A stretch of DNA of 64,000 nucleotides from Planctomycetota bacterium (GTDB lineage: Bacteria; Planctomycetota; UBA8108; SXIK01). The stretch lies in the NCBI GenBank assembly GCA_965223265.1, contig OZ244999.1, positions 3,680,001 to 3,744,000 on the forward strand. The letters run 5' to 3'. The stretch's first letter is position 1. Each line of letters opens with the position of its first letter. The position numbers and the translations under genes were made by a program. This document shows, one piece after another, positions 37,856 through 47,239 of this stretch. The notes beneath the pieces were generated by a model. The model did not search any database. It saw only the letters and a list, made by a program, of their open reading frames with translations, and had not been told where the DNA came from.

Positions 37856-39298
37856 GTGCAGCGAGACGAAATCCGAAAGCGCCAACGCGAAAAACTCCGC
37901 CAGCTGCTCGAAACCATTGAAGCGAGCCATCCATTCTATCGCGCCAAGTTGAGTGGCAGCGCGTGGCGCAAGGTCGGATCCGCGGACTCGCGGGCGCCAT
38001 TGACATCGCTTCTCGACGCGCTGCCGCTCACGACGAAAGACGAACTCGAAGCGTCCCAGGCGCACTCGCCACCCTACGGCGACCTGCTCACGTATCCTCT
38101 GGAGCGCTACACGCGGCTTCACCAGACCTCTGGTACTACTACGGGCTCACCTCTCGCTTGGCTGGACACGCAGGAGAGCTGGAGCTGGATTCTCGACTGT
38201 TGGGACCAGATCTTCGCAGCTGTAGGAATCGAGACACACGACCGGTTCTTCTTTCCGTTTTCGTTCGGCCCCTTCATCGGATTCTGGGCTGGATTTGAGG
38301 CTGCGACCCGCGCTGGACACTTCGTGCTGCCCGCTGGCGGCATCCGCACTGCGCTGCGCCTTCAATTGCTAGAACGTCACGGGGCGACCGTCGTCGTCTG
38401 CACACCGACCTATGCCCTTCACATGGCGGAGGTGGCGAGAGCGGAAAGCTGTGACCTGCGGAACTCCCGTGTGCGAGCGCTCATCGTCGCGGGCGAACCA
38501 GGGGGCTGCATCGGCCCAACGCGTGAAAAGATCGAAACTGCGTGGGGCGCACGGTGCTTCGATCACTGCGGCATGACGGAAATCGGTTCGTTTGGGATCG
38601 AGCCTGAGCACCACCGCGGCGCACTGCACGTGCTTGAGTCAGACTTCATCGTCGAGGTTCTGCACCCGGATACGGACCGGAGGAAAGCGAGCGGCGAACG
38701 CGGCGAGCTCGTCATCACCAATCTTGGGCGAACCGCAAGCCCTCTGATTCGGTACCGGACAGGCGACCTGGTGGAGTGGGTTGACGAGCCTTATGATGAC
38801 GCTATGCCCTATGGATGGCTCGAAGGCGGAATCCTCTCCCGACTGGACGACATGGTCATCGTCCGCGGTAACAACATCTACCCCGCAGCGGTCGAACGCG
38901 TGCTCCGCGGAATCGATGGCATCGCTGAGTATCGCGTACGGGTTTTGAAGCGCGGAGAGCTGACGCACCTCGTCGTTGAGATCGAACCGGACGACGTCTG
39001 CAGTACTCCTGATAGCAGAGAAAATCCGGGGAAAGATGCTGCGATCCCGCGAGCCATCGAGGAAGATGCTGAGCTGCAGAAAGCTCCGCACGACACGTCG
39101 TTGCCGGCTACGCCGCAAGAACTCGACGCCGAAGACCGTGCTCACTCCGATGCGGCGATGCGGTTGTCGAATCGTGTCCAGCGCGAGCTCGAGAGGAAAC
39201 TATCGTTCCGCGCTGAGATCAAGACGGTGCCGCGCGGCAGCTTGCCGCGTTTTGAGCTCAAGGGTAGACGTTGGATCCGAGAAGACACCGAATCTTGA
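37856..39298 (+). CDS. Phenylacetate-CoA ligase-like AMP-forming enzyme
   Basis: HQTSGTTTG, TPTYALHMAE, VAGEPGG, DHCGMTEIG, IRYRTGDLV, RLDDMVIVRGNNIYP. Confidence 0.87.
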   Translation: MQRDEIRKRQREKLRQLLETIEASHPFYRAKLSGSAWRKVGSADSRAPLTSLLDALPLTTKDELEASQAHSPPYGDLLTYPLERYTRLHQTSGTTTGSPLAWLDTQESWSWILDCWDQIFAAVGIETHDRFFFPFSFGPFIGFWAGFEAATRAGHFVLPAGGIRTALRLQLLERHGATVVVCTPTYALHMAEVARAESCDLRNSRVRALIVAGEPGGCIGPTREKIETAWGARCFDHCGMTEIGSFGIEPEHHRGALHVLESDFIVEVLHPDTDRRKASGERGELVITNLGRTASPLIRYRTGDLVEWVDEPYDDAMPYGWLEGGILSRLDDMVIVRGNNIYPAAVERVLRGIDGIAEYRVRVLKRGELTHLVVEIEPDDVCSTPDSRENPGKDAAIPRAIEEDAELQKAPHDTSLPATPQELDAEDRAHSDAAMRLSNRVQRELERKLSFRAEIKTVPRGSLPRFELKGRRWIREDTES

Positions 39299-39487
39299 AC
39301 CCACAAGCGAAAAGACGTTCGCACATGACGATTGAACACATGATTTCGCTGACGCTCGATGATGACTGATGACACGGAGGAGAAAGACGTGACCAAGAAG
39401 ACTCGACGCTGCCGCTCGCCCCATCGTTGTTTGCGGCACGATCGTGATGGCCTGCGCGGTGGAGCGCTGCCGAGGTCAGGGCGCCGG

Positions 39488-41728
39488 ATGATGCGCAAGC
39501 TCACCGCGTGGCTGGTCGGCGGCGCGTTTCTTGTCAGCGCTGTCGAAGCAGGCGATTGGCCGAGCTGGCGCGGCCCTGAACATAACGGCGTCTCTCGTGA
39601 GTCTTCACTGCCTGAGCACTGGCAAGTGCTGTGGAAAACGAGTCACGGCGGCCGCTCGACGCCGGTAGTCTTCGGCGACCACGTCTACATCCTCAACAGC
39701 GCCGGTCGCGGCATCGAAGAAAGCGAGCGACTTCTCTGCTTGCACCGCGAAACCGGTGACGTCATTTGGGAACATCGATTCAACGTCTTTCTGACCGACA
39801 TCCCGTCACCTCGGATCGGTTGGTCAAGCCCAGTAGTCGACCCCGAAACCGGTCATGTCTATGCCCACGGCGTGCAGAACACCATCCTCTGCGTTTCGAA
39901 GGACGGCAAGCTGCTCTGGCAGCGACAGATGCACGAGGAGTATGGCACGATCAACGGCTATGGCGGACGCACGCACACGCCGATCATTGACGAAGACCGT
40001 GTCATCATTAGCTTTCTCAACTCCAGTTGGGGTCCTCATGCGCGTGGACGCCATCGATACGTGGCTTTCGACAAGCGCAACGGCTCGGTCATCTGGTGGT
40101 CAGAGCCAGGAGGGGCACCTCTTGACACCACGTACTCGACGCCCGTCGTCGCTGTCATCGGTGGTGTTCGACTGCTCATCGGAGGCAATGCCGACGGCGC
40201 AGTCTACGCTCTGCAGGCACGTACCGGAAAGTCGGTGTGGAAGTTCTCCCTTTCGAAGCGCGGGATCAATGTCTCCGTAATCGTCTGGAAGGAAAAGGTC
40301 TACGCTTGCCACAGCGAAGAGAACGTCGACCAAGCGATCATGGGCCGCGTCGTTTGCATTGACGCGACCGGCAGCGGTGACGTCACGAAGACACATGAGG
40401 TTTGGCGCCGCGACGGCATCCTCGCCGGCTACTCCTCACCAGCGCTGAAGGATGGCAAGTTGTACGTTTGCGACAACTCGTCGAACCTCTACTGCCTCGA
40501 CGCGCTCAGCGGCGACGAGCTGTGGGAAGAGAATATCGGCACCGTCATGAAGGGCTCACCTGTCGTCGGTGACGGGAAGATTTACGTCGGTGAAGTCAAT
40601 GCCCGGTTCTACCTCCTCGATGAGGCGGAGATCGAGCAGCGAGCCGCGGCGCGCAAGCGAGGCAATAGCGAGCTCGAACCGCTCGAACCGCTGCAGACAT
40701 TCGCGGCGAAGGAGGCGGTGGTCGAAGTCTTCGGCTCCCCGGCGATCGCTAACGGACGCGTCTACTTCACCACGCGTGATGAGGTGTACTGCCTGGGTGA
40801 CAAGGAATGGAAGGGCACCTCCGGCGAAACGGCTAAGCTAGCCGAGGAGAAGCCTGCGGCCGCCGATGCCAAAGGAGCACAACTGCAAATCCTGCCGGCC
40901 GACGTGTTAGCGCAACCGGGCGACCAAGTGACGTTCCGCGCTCGCGTCTTCGATGCCGATGGACGCCTCCTCAAGGAATCGGTGCGGCCGCAGTGGGGCC
41001 TCGCCATGGGGCTCGTGGGTGACGTCAACGCGGAAGGGAAATTGGCGCTCAACGCCGCCGAGCAGTACCGTCAAGGGGTCGTCGTGGGGCGCCACGGCGA
41101 CCTGGAGCAACGCGCCCGCGTACGCGTCGTGCCGCGACTACCTCTCGGATTCGATTTCGATGACCTGGCCGACGGTAAGCCGCCGCCAGCGTGGGTCGGA
41201 GCCGGCATCAAGTTCGTCGGCAAGACACACGGCGGTCACAAGGTCCTCCATAAGACAGCGACGAACTCCAAGTTCATCGACGCAGAGACATTTATCGGCA
41301 TGCCCGGCTGGAAGGACTACACGATCGAGGCGGATGTGCTGGGCACGGAGAAGCGGCGCAATCTGCCGAACATCGGCGTCATCAACAGTCGCTATACATT
41401 CGTACTCATGGGAAATCACCAGCGGCTGAGAATCGTGTCATGGATTCCACAGCCGCGTCTCAGCGAACAGATCAAATTCGAGTGGAAGAAAGACACGTGG
41501 TACCGCATGAAGTTCAGCGTCGAGAATCGTGACGGAATTGCAGTCGCCCGCGGCAAAGTGTGGCCGCGTGATGAAACTGAGCCCGCCGAATGGATGGTCT
41601 CAGTCGAAGACCCCAACCCCAATGGCGAGGGAAGTCCCGGTCTCCATGGCTACTCCGCCGGCACGACGAGCCGATCATCCGGCACCGAGATCTACTACGA
41701 CAACGTCAAAGTATACCCAAACAAGTAG
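39488..41728 (+). CDS. Secreted PQQ-like beta-propeller protein with C-terminal ConA/DUF1080-like domain
   Basis: Signal peptide, DWPSWRGP, repeated SxP...W blades; C-terminal DYTIEADV...WYRMKF...ARGKVWPRD...IYYDNVKV. Confidence 0.85.
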   Translation: MMRKLTAWLVGGAFLVSAVEAGDWPSWRGPEHNGVSRESSLPEHWQVLWKTSHGGRSTPVVFGDHVYILNSAGRGIEESERLLCLHRETGDVIWEHRFNVFLTDIPSPRIGWSSPVVDPETGHVYAHGVQNTILCVSKDGKLLWQRQMHEEYGTINGYGGRTHTPIIDEDRVIISFLNSSWGPHARGRHRYVAFDKRNGSVIWWSEPGGAPLDTTYSTPVVAVIGGVRLLIGGNADGAVYALQARTGKSVWKFSLSKRGINVSVIVWKEKVYACHSEENVDQAIMGRVVCIDATGSGDVTKTHEVWRRDGILAGYSSPALKDGKLYVCDNSSNLYCLDALSGDELWEENIGTVMKGSPVVGDGKIYVGEVNARFYLLDEAEIEQRAAARKRGNSELEPLEPLQTFAAKEAVVEVFGSPAIANGRVYFTTRDEVYCLGDKEWKGTSGETAKLAEEKPAAADAKGAQLQILPADVLAQPGDQVTFRARVFDADGRLLKESVRPQWGLAMGLVGDVNAEGKLALNAAEQYRQGVVVGRHGDLEQRARVRVVPRLPLGFDFDDLADGKPPPAWVGAGIKFVGKTHGGHKVLHKTATNSKFIDAETFIGMPGWKDYTIEADVLGTEKRRNLPNIGVINSRYTFVLMGNHQRLRIVSWIPQPRLSEQIKFEWKKDTWYRMKFSVENRDGIAVARGKVWPRDETEPAEWMVSVEDPNPNGEGSPGLHGYSAGTTSRSSGTEIYYDNVKVYPNK

Positions 41729-41833
41729 CGGGCCTCGCCTCGCGCTGCGGCGAAGGCACCGCGAGCCAGCGGCTCTCTTGGTGACCGCAGCAGGGTCGAA
41801 GTTCAGAGCGACGAAACCGGAAAGAAACGACGC

Positions 41834-43363
41834 ATGGGAGAGCAGAAAAAGATGTCGATCCAATTGAGGAGTGCGATCGCGGTTGGAGCGATCGCGGCTT
41901 TGATGGGAGCACTTGTTGTTGGCGGCTTAGAGCGTTCACACGCGGGCGCTGGCGAAAAGGCGTCGAGCGCCAAAGAGACGTTTAAGATCAAACCGGGTGA
42001 ATGGCCCATGTGGGGCGGGACGCCAGAGCGCAACATGGTCAACTTCGTCGACAAAGGGATTCCGCATGAGTGGGACGTCGAGAAGAAAACCAACGTCAAA
42101 TGGGTCGCAAAACTGGGTTCGCAGTCCTACGGCAACCCGGTGATCGCGGGAGGCAAGATCTTCGTCGGCACGAACAACGAAGCCCACGTCAACTCGAAAA
42201 TCAAAGGCGACAAAGGCGTCATGATGTGTTTCGAGGAGGGTAGCGGCAAGTTCCTCTGGCAGATGGTGCACGACAAACTCGAAGCAGGCCGCGTCAATGA
42301 TTGGCCGGAACAGGGGATCTGCTCGTCGCCGGTCGCGGAGGACGGGCGCATCTACTACGTGAGCAATCGGTGCGAAGTCGTCTGCGCTGACGTCGATGGG
42401 TTCTTGGACGGCGAGAACGACGGCCCCTTCAAGGACGAAAAGTACAAGGACCCCATCGACGGCGACATCATCTGGTCGTACGACATGATGGAGGAACTTG
42501 GTGTCTTCCCACACAACCTCGCGACCTGTTCACCGCTCGTCATCGACGACATTATCTTCGTGATCACGTCGAACGGAGTTGAGCGCGATCACATCACGAT
42601 CCCCAACCCGCGCGCACCAAGCTTCATGGCCCTCGACAAGAAGACCGGCGATCTCATCTGGGACAACGCCGACCCTGGCGAGGGCATCCTCCATGGCCAG
42701 TGGGCGGCGCCGTCTTACATCCATGCTGGTGGTCGACCGCAGATCATCTTCCCCGGAGGCGATGGATGGGTCCGAAGCTATGCGCCCAAGACCGGCCAAA
42801 AAATCTGGGAGTTCGACTGCAACCCCAAGGACTCCAAGTGGGAACTTGGCGGTCGAGGAACGCGCAACAACATTATCTCCACCGCCGCGTGCGTCAATGG
42901 CATCGTCTACATCGCTGTCGGACAAGACCCGGAGCACGGCGAGGGGATCGGCCATCTGTACGCTATTGACGCGTCGCAGACCGGCGATATAACCAAGACC
43001 GGCGCCAAGTGGCACTTCGGTGGCGAAGAGTTTAAACGCACGATCTCCTCCTTTGCCGTGGCGGACGGCTTAGTCTACGCCGCCGACTTGAGCGGTTTCT
43101 TGCACTGCCTTGATGCCGAGTCGGGTCGGTCGAACTGGGTACACGACACCTTCGCCGCGGTCTGGGGTTCGCCCACCGTGATCGATGGTAAAGTGTTCCT
43201 CGGCGACGAGGACGGAGACGTAGTGATTCTCGAACATGGCAAGACACTCAAAGTACTCGCCGAGCACAATATGGACGCCTCCGTCTACACGACACCTGTT
43301 GCAGCCGGTGGCGTGCTCTACATCGCAACGCGAACTCACCTCTACGCCATCGAAGAGAAGTGA
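41834..43363 (+). CDS. Secreted PQQ-like beta-propeller protein
   Basis: Signal peptide, EWPMWGGTPERNM, KWVAKLGSQSYGNPV, GICSSP, WGSPTVIDGKV; start 41834 or 41852. Confidence 0.87.
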   Translation: MGEQKKMSIQLRSAIAVGAIAALMGALVVGGLERSHAGAGEKASSAKETFKIKPGEWPMWGGTPERNMVNFVDKGIPHEWDVEKKTNVKWVAKLGSQSYGNPVIAGGKIFVGTNNEAHVNSKIKGDKGVMMCFEEGSGKFLWQMVHDKLEAGRVNDWPEQGICSSPVAEDGRIYYVSNRCEVVCADVDGFLDGENDGPFKDEKYKDPIDGDIIWSYDMMEELGVFPHNLATCSPLVIDDIIFVITSNGVERDHITIPNPRAPSFMALDKKTGDLIWDNADPGEGILHGQWAAPSYIHAGGRPQIIFPGGDGWVRSYAPKTGQKIWEFDCNPKDSKWELGGRGTRNNIISTAACVNGIVYIAVGQDPEHGEGIGHLYAIDASQTGDITKTGAKWHFGGEEFKRTISSFAVADGLVYAADLSGFLHCLDAESGRSNWVHDTFAAVWGSPTVIDGKVFLGDEDGDVVILEHGKTLKVLAEHNMDASVYTTPVAAGGVLYIATRTHLYAIEEK

Positions 43364-43441
43364 ATCCGGCGCGGCGAGTTGCAGACGGGACGAACGTCGC
43401 GTCACGCACGGGTCGGACCAGCGACATGAAGAAGGCTTTGT

Positions 43442-44545
43442 ATGACAAGCGAACGACATCCTGGCACCGCGCCGGCCACAACGAATGAAGTGAGCCAGGC
43501 TCGCGCCAAACTTGACGCCTGGGTCGCGGAAGTTGTCGAATTCCACTTCAACCCAGCGACCGGTTGTCCGTTTTGGCTCGACTATGCGAGTCGACTCGAC
43601 TGGGACCCGCGACAGGAAGTGAAATCGTTCGACGACCTCAAGAAGTTTGATCTTTTCGAGGACGAGTGGCTCCGCGGCGGCCCTGTAGAGCGTTGGGTTC
43701 CCAAGGGCTGCGCTGGCAAGCCCGTCTATGTGTTTGAAACCGGCGGCACGACGGGCGTACCGAAGTCGCGTGTCAACGTCGAAGATTTTCGTATCGACTA
43801 CGAGCTGTTTTCTGAGACGCTCTCCGACACCGGCTTTCCACGCGGCGCCGATTGGCTGTCGATCGGCCCGACGGGCCCACGCCGACTGCGCTTGGCTGTC
43901 GAACATTTAGCCCAATACCGTGGCGGCATTTGCTTCTGCGTCGACATGGATCCACGCTGGTTCACCAAGTGCCTGAAGAAGGGGTGGACGCAGGCGGCTC
44001 TGGCTTACAAGGACCATGTCATCGACCAAGCCTTGACGGTCTTACGCGCGCAGCCAGGTGTCCACTGCCTGTTCACAACACCAAAGCTGCTGGAAGCGCT
44101 ATGCGAAAAGGTGTCGCTAGAACAAGTTGGAATCACTGGCATCTTCTGCGGCGGCACACAGATGGACGCAGCGTTTCACAAGCGTGCTCGGGAGGAATTG
44201 GCTCCGAACGCCGAATTCGTGCCGACCTACGGCAACACGCTCATGGGGTTAGCGTGCCATAAACCGTACGTGCCCGAAGACGACTATGCGGTGATCTATC
44301 ATCCGCCACACCCACGTGCTGTCCTCGAGGTCGTCGATCCGGACGTGCCAGAGCGCGTGGTCGACTACGGCGAGTCCGGCCGCGTCAAGCTGACGACGCT
44401 GACCAAGGAGTTTTTCGTGCCTGGTTTCCTCGAGCGCGATGAAGGGGTGAGATCACCCCCGATCTCCATGTACCCCTGGGACGGCGTCCGCGACGTCCAA
44501 CCTTTCTCGCGCTCCAAGACACCGCTCGTCGTCGGCGTCTACTGA
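43442..44545 (+). CDS. EhpF-like atypical adenylate-forming (ANL/LuxE-like) enzyme
   Basis: HFNPATGCPFWL, FETGGTTGVPK (P-loop), PTGP, DMDPRW, TTPKLL, GGT, YG, ERD and C-terminal GVY match the motif order of the phenazine-modifying enzyme EhpF as I recall it. Confidence 0.75.
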   Translation: MTSERHPGTAPATTNEVSQARAKLDAWVAEVVEFHFNPATGCPFWLDYASRLDWDPRQEVKSFDDLKKFDLFEDEWLRGGPVERWVPKGCAGKPVYVFETGGTTGVPKSRVNVEDFRIDYELFSETLSDTGFPRGADWLSIGPTGPRRLRLAVEHLAQYRGGICFCVDMDPRWFTKCLKKGWTQAALAYKDHVIDQALTVLRAQPGVHCLFTTPKLLEALCEKVSLEQVGITGIFCGGTQMDAAFHKRAREELAPNAEFVPTYGNTLMGLACHKPYVPEDDYAVIYHPPHPRAVLEVVDPDVPERVVDYGESGRVKLTTLTKEFFVPGFLERDEGVRSPPISMYPWDGVRDVQPFSRSKTPLVVGVY

Positions 44546-44572
44546 CGGCTCCACGGTAGGAAACCAAAAGAC

Positions 44573-45793
44573 ATGAGCTCGCGCACGAGCCCAGACACGA
44601 CCCAATCGCACCTTTTGGCGACACGGACGACGCCGTTGACCTCCTTTGACTACCGTCCGCGAACGCGGCTGAAATACGGCGTCGGAGTGTTGGACGAACT
44701 CGGCAAGCTCGCCGCGGCGGAGGGTGCGACACGCGTTCTTCTCGTGACCGATCCCGGCATCGAGCGAGCTGGCCACGCGCAGCGCGCCGTCGAGTCGCTG
44801 CGTCGCTGCGGTCTCGAGGTTGCGGTGTTCGATGGCGTGGAAGAAAACCCTACCTCCCTTCACGTCAGCGCTGGCGTTGAGGTAGCGCGCACCGAAGGCA
44901 TCGATTTCCTCGTCGGCATCGGCGGTGGCAGCTCGATGGATTGTGCCAAGGGAATCAACTTTGTTTACTCGTGCGGTGGACAAATTCGCGACTATTGGGG
45001 CATCGGCAAGGCGACTCGCGACCTTCTGCCAATGATCGCGGTACCGACGACCGCCGGAACGGGAAGCGAAACTCAATCGTTCGCTCTTATCTCAGATCCT
45101 GTGACGCATCAAAAGATGGCATGTGGAGACGCGCGCGCCGCATGCCGGTTGGCGCTTCTCGATCCATCGCTCACGTTGTCGCAGCCGCAACCCGTGACCG
45201 AAGCAACCGGAACTGACGCGATCGCCCACGCCGTGGAGACCTACGTCACGAAGCGCCGCACACCTCTCTCGATGATGTTCGCGCGAGAGGCGTGGTGCCT
45301 ACTTCGCAGCAGCTTCCCGCGCGTGCTTGAAGCACCTAACGACGTCGAGGCCAGAGGGCGCATGCTCATCGGCGCAGCGTACGCCGGCATCGCGATCGAA
45401 AACTCGATGCTCGGCGTCGCACATGCCGCGGCGAATCCGCTCACCGCGATGAAGGGAACCGTACATGGTGCCGCTGTCGGCATCTTTCTCCCGCATGTTG
45501 TTCGCCTCAATGCCACGAGCGTTGGTGACGACTACGATGCACTCGCTGCAGCGTCGCACCTTGACGCTCCCGACACACTGGCGCTCGATGGACCCCCAGG
45601 CGAGCCCCTCGCACAACAACTCGAATCGATTTTTTCGAAAACAGAGCTGCCGCGCGCGCTGCGGCAGTGTGGCGTCACTGCAGGCGACATCCCCGCACTC
45701 ACTCAGGGAGCGCAGAAGCAATGGACCGCAGAGTTCAATCCACGACGTTTCGATCGAGACGACTTCGAAGAGCTGTATCGCTTGGCCTATTGA
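44573..45793 (+). CDS. Iron-containing alcohol dehydrogenase
   Basis: LLVTDPG, GIGGGSSMDCAK, VPTTAGTGSE, DAIAHAVE, GVAHAAA, HG. Confidence 0.9.
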   Translation: MSSRTSPDTTQSHLLATRTTPLTSFDYRPRTRLKYGVGVLDELGKLAAAEGATRVLLVTDPGIERAGHAQRAVESLRRCGLEVAVFDGVEENPTSLHVSAGVEVARTEGIDFLVGIGGGSSMDCAKGINFVYSCGGQIRDYWGIGKATRDLLPMIAVPTTAGTGSETQSFALISDPVTHQKMACGDARAACRLALLDPSLTLSQPQPVTEATGTDAIAHAVETYVTKRRTPLSMMFAREAWCLLRSSFPRVLEAPNDVEARGRMLIGAAYAGIAIENSMLGVAHAAANPLTAMKGTVHGAAVGIFLPHVVRLNATSVGDDYDALAAASHLDAPDTLALDGPPGEPLAQQLESIFSKTELPRALRQCGVTAGDIPALTQGAQKQWTAEFNPRRFDRDDFEELYRLAY

Positions 45794-47196
45794 CCCTTCT
45801 CCTCACAGCAGCAGTCGCCTGGTTGCTCATCCCACAACAAGCGAGCGGCCGGTCGCAGACTGACGCGCGCGAGGATCAGCAATCAGCAGAGTCAACGTCG
45901 AGTGCTCCAGCCCTCGAACCTTCGGAACCTACACCGAAGATAGACGTGTCGTCTGAGGCGCCCCTCGAAATGAGCGCACCATGGACGACGTTCCGTGGCG
46001 GCTCGCTTCAGCGTGGTTGGCGGCGCGGAAGCGTCGCCGCGACGCCGCGCCTGGTGTGGGTCTACGACGCAGAGAGCGCTGTCGAGTCGACGGCAGCGAT
46101 CGATGCTGGGCGAGTCTTCATCGGTAGCGACGAGAAAGGCATCCTCGCCCTGGCGCTCGACGCCAAGAGCGACATAGGGGAACTCCTCTGGACTTTTCCG
46201 AATGAGTTCGGAGTGCAGGCGTCGCCGGCTGTCAAAGGAGATCGCGTTTACTTTGGCGACATTCTCGGCGTCTTCTGGTGCATCAGCGCGACGACAGGAA
46301 AAGAGCTCTGGAAGCTCGAGACCGAAAGCGGTGCCGAGATCTTGTCATCTGTGAGCTTCGATCGCGACCGAGTCCTCTTCGGATCATACGACGCCACACT
46401 CTACTGCCTGCGCGCTGACGACGGCAAGCCCGTCTGGACTTTCACGACGGAGGGGCCGGTACACGGTTCTCCCGCGGTGGCGGCCGGCCACACGTTCGTC
46501 GCTGGCTGCGATGAGCAGCTAAGGATCGTGTCGCTGACCGATGGCAAGGAGGTCGGCGCTGTCCCCATGGGCGGCAACAACGCCGGCTCACCTGCGATCG
46601 TCGGAGAGCGACTCTTCGTCGGCACGCTCGCCGAAGAAGTTCTGTGCGTGAACTGGCGAGAGATCGTCGCGCAGAGCGCGGCACGCGCAGCGGCGGTGAC
46701 GCCCTTAGCCTCTGGGTCCGAGGCAGCCACCGACTCGACGACCAGCGAGCGGGAAACACCGTCGGGCGAGCGAGCAAGCCCGGGCGTGATCTGGCGATAC
46801 AATCCGCCGCGCAGTTTTCAGTTCTACGCCTCACCTGCAGTGGGTCGCGCCAAGGTCAAAGGCAAGGAGTCGTGGGTCGTAGTGATTGGTGGGCGCGACA
46901 AGCTCGTGCACGCAATCGACGCGGACAGCGGCGAGGCCATCTGGACTTTCCCCACAAAGGCGAAAGTCGACTCGTCGCCCGTGATCATCGGGGATCGCGT
47001 TGCGGTCGGCGGGCTCGATGGGAACGTTTATTTGTTAGATCTCGAGAGCGGAAAAGAGATTTGGAGCTACGCGGCGGGTTCCAAATTCCAGGCCTCGCCG
47101 GCAGTTGCCGACGGTCGGCTTGTTATCACGTCGAGTGAGGGACTTGTCCACTGTTTCGACCTCAGGCCGCAGACATCTGGGAATGAGTCGCGCTGA
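45721..47196 (+). CDS. Membrane-anchored/secreted PQQ-like (BamB-like) beta-propeller protein
   Basis: N-terminal TM, WTTFRGG, repeated SSP/ASPAV blades with W-turns; start uncertain. Confidence 0.82.
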   Translation: MDRRVQSTTFRSRRLRRAVSLGLLTLLLTAAVAWLLIPQQASGRSQTDAREDQQSAESTSSAPALEPSEPTPKIDVSSEAPLEMSAPWTTFRGGSLQRGWRRGSVAATPRLVWVYDAESAVESTAAIDAGRVFIGSDEKGILALALDAKSDIGELLWTFPNEFGVQASPAVKGDRVYFGDILGVFWCISATTGKELWKLETESGAEILSSVSFDRDRVLFGSYDATLYCLRADDGKPVWTFTTEGPVHGSPAVAAGHTFVAGCDEQLRIVSLTDGKEVGAVPMGGNNAGSPAIVGERLFVGTLAEEVLCVNWREIVAQSAARAAAVTPLASGSEAATDSTTSERETPSGERASPGVIWRYNPPRSFQFYASPAVGRAKVKGKESWVVVIGGRDKLVHAIDADSGEAIWTFPTKAKVDSSPVIIGDRVAVGGLDGNVYLLDLESGKEIWSYAAGSKFQASPAVADGRLVITSSEGLVHCFDLRPQTSGNESR

Positions 47197-47239
47197 TGGG
47201 AGAGATAGCAGGAGCGCCAGCATCGCGGAGTGCGATCTC

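Noticed and set aside
39488-47196. PQQ-like propellers as true PQQ-dependent dehydrogenases linked to the PqqD gene
   Set aside because: They show generic BamB/PQQ-like blade repeats and I could not see quinoprotein active-site signatures. The PqqD-like gene is ~15 kb away with a non-PqqA peptide and no pqqB/pqqC.
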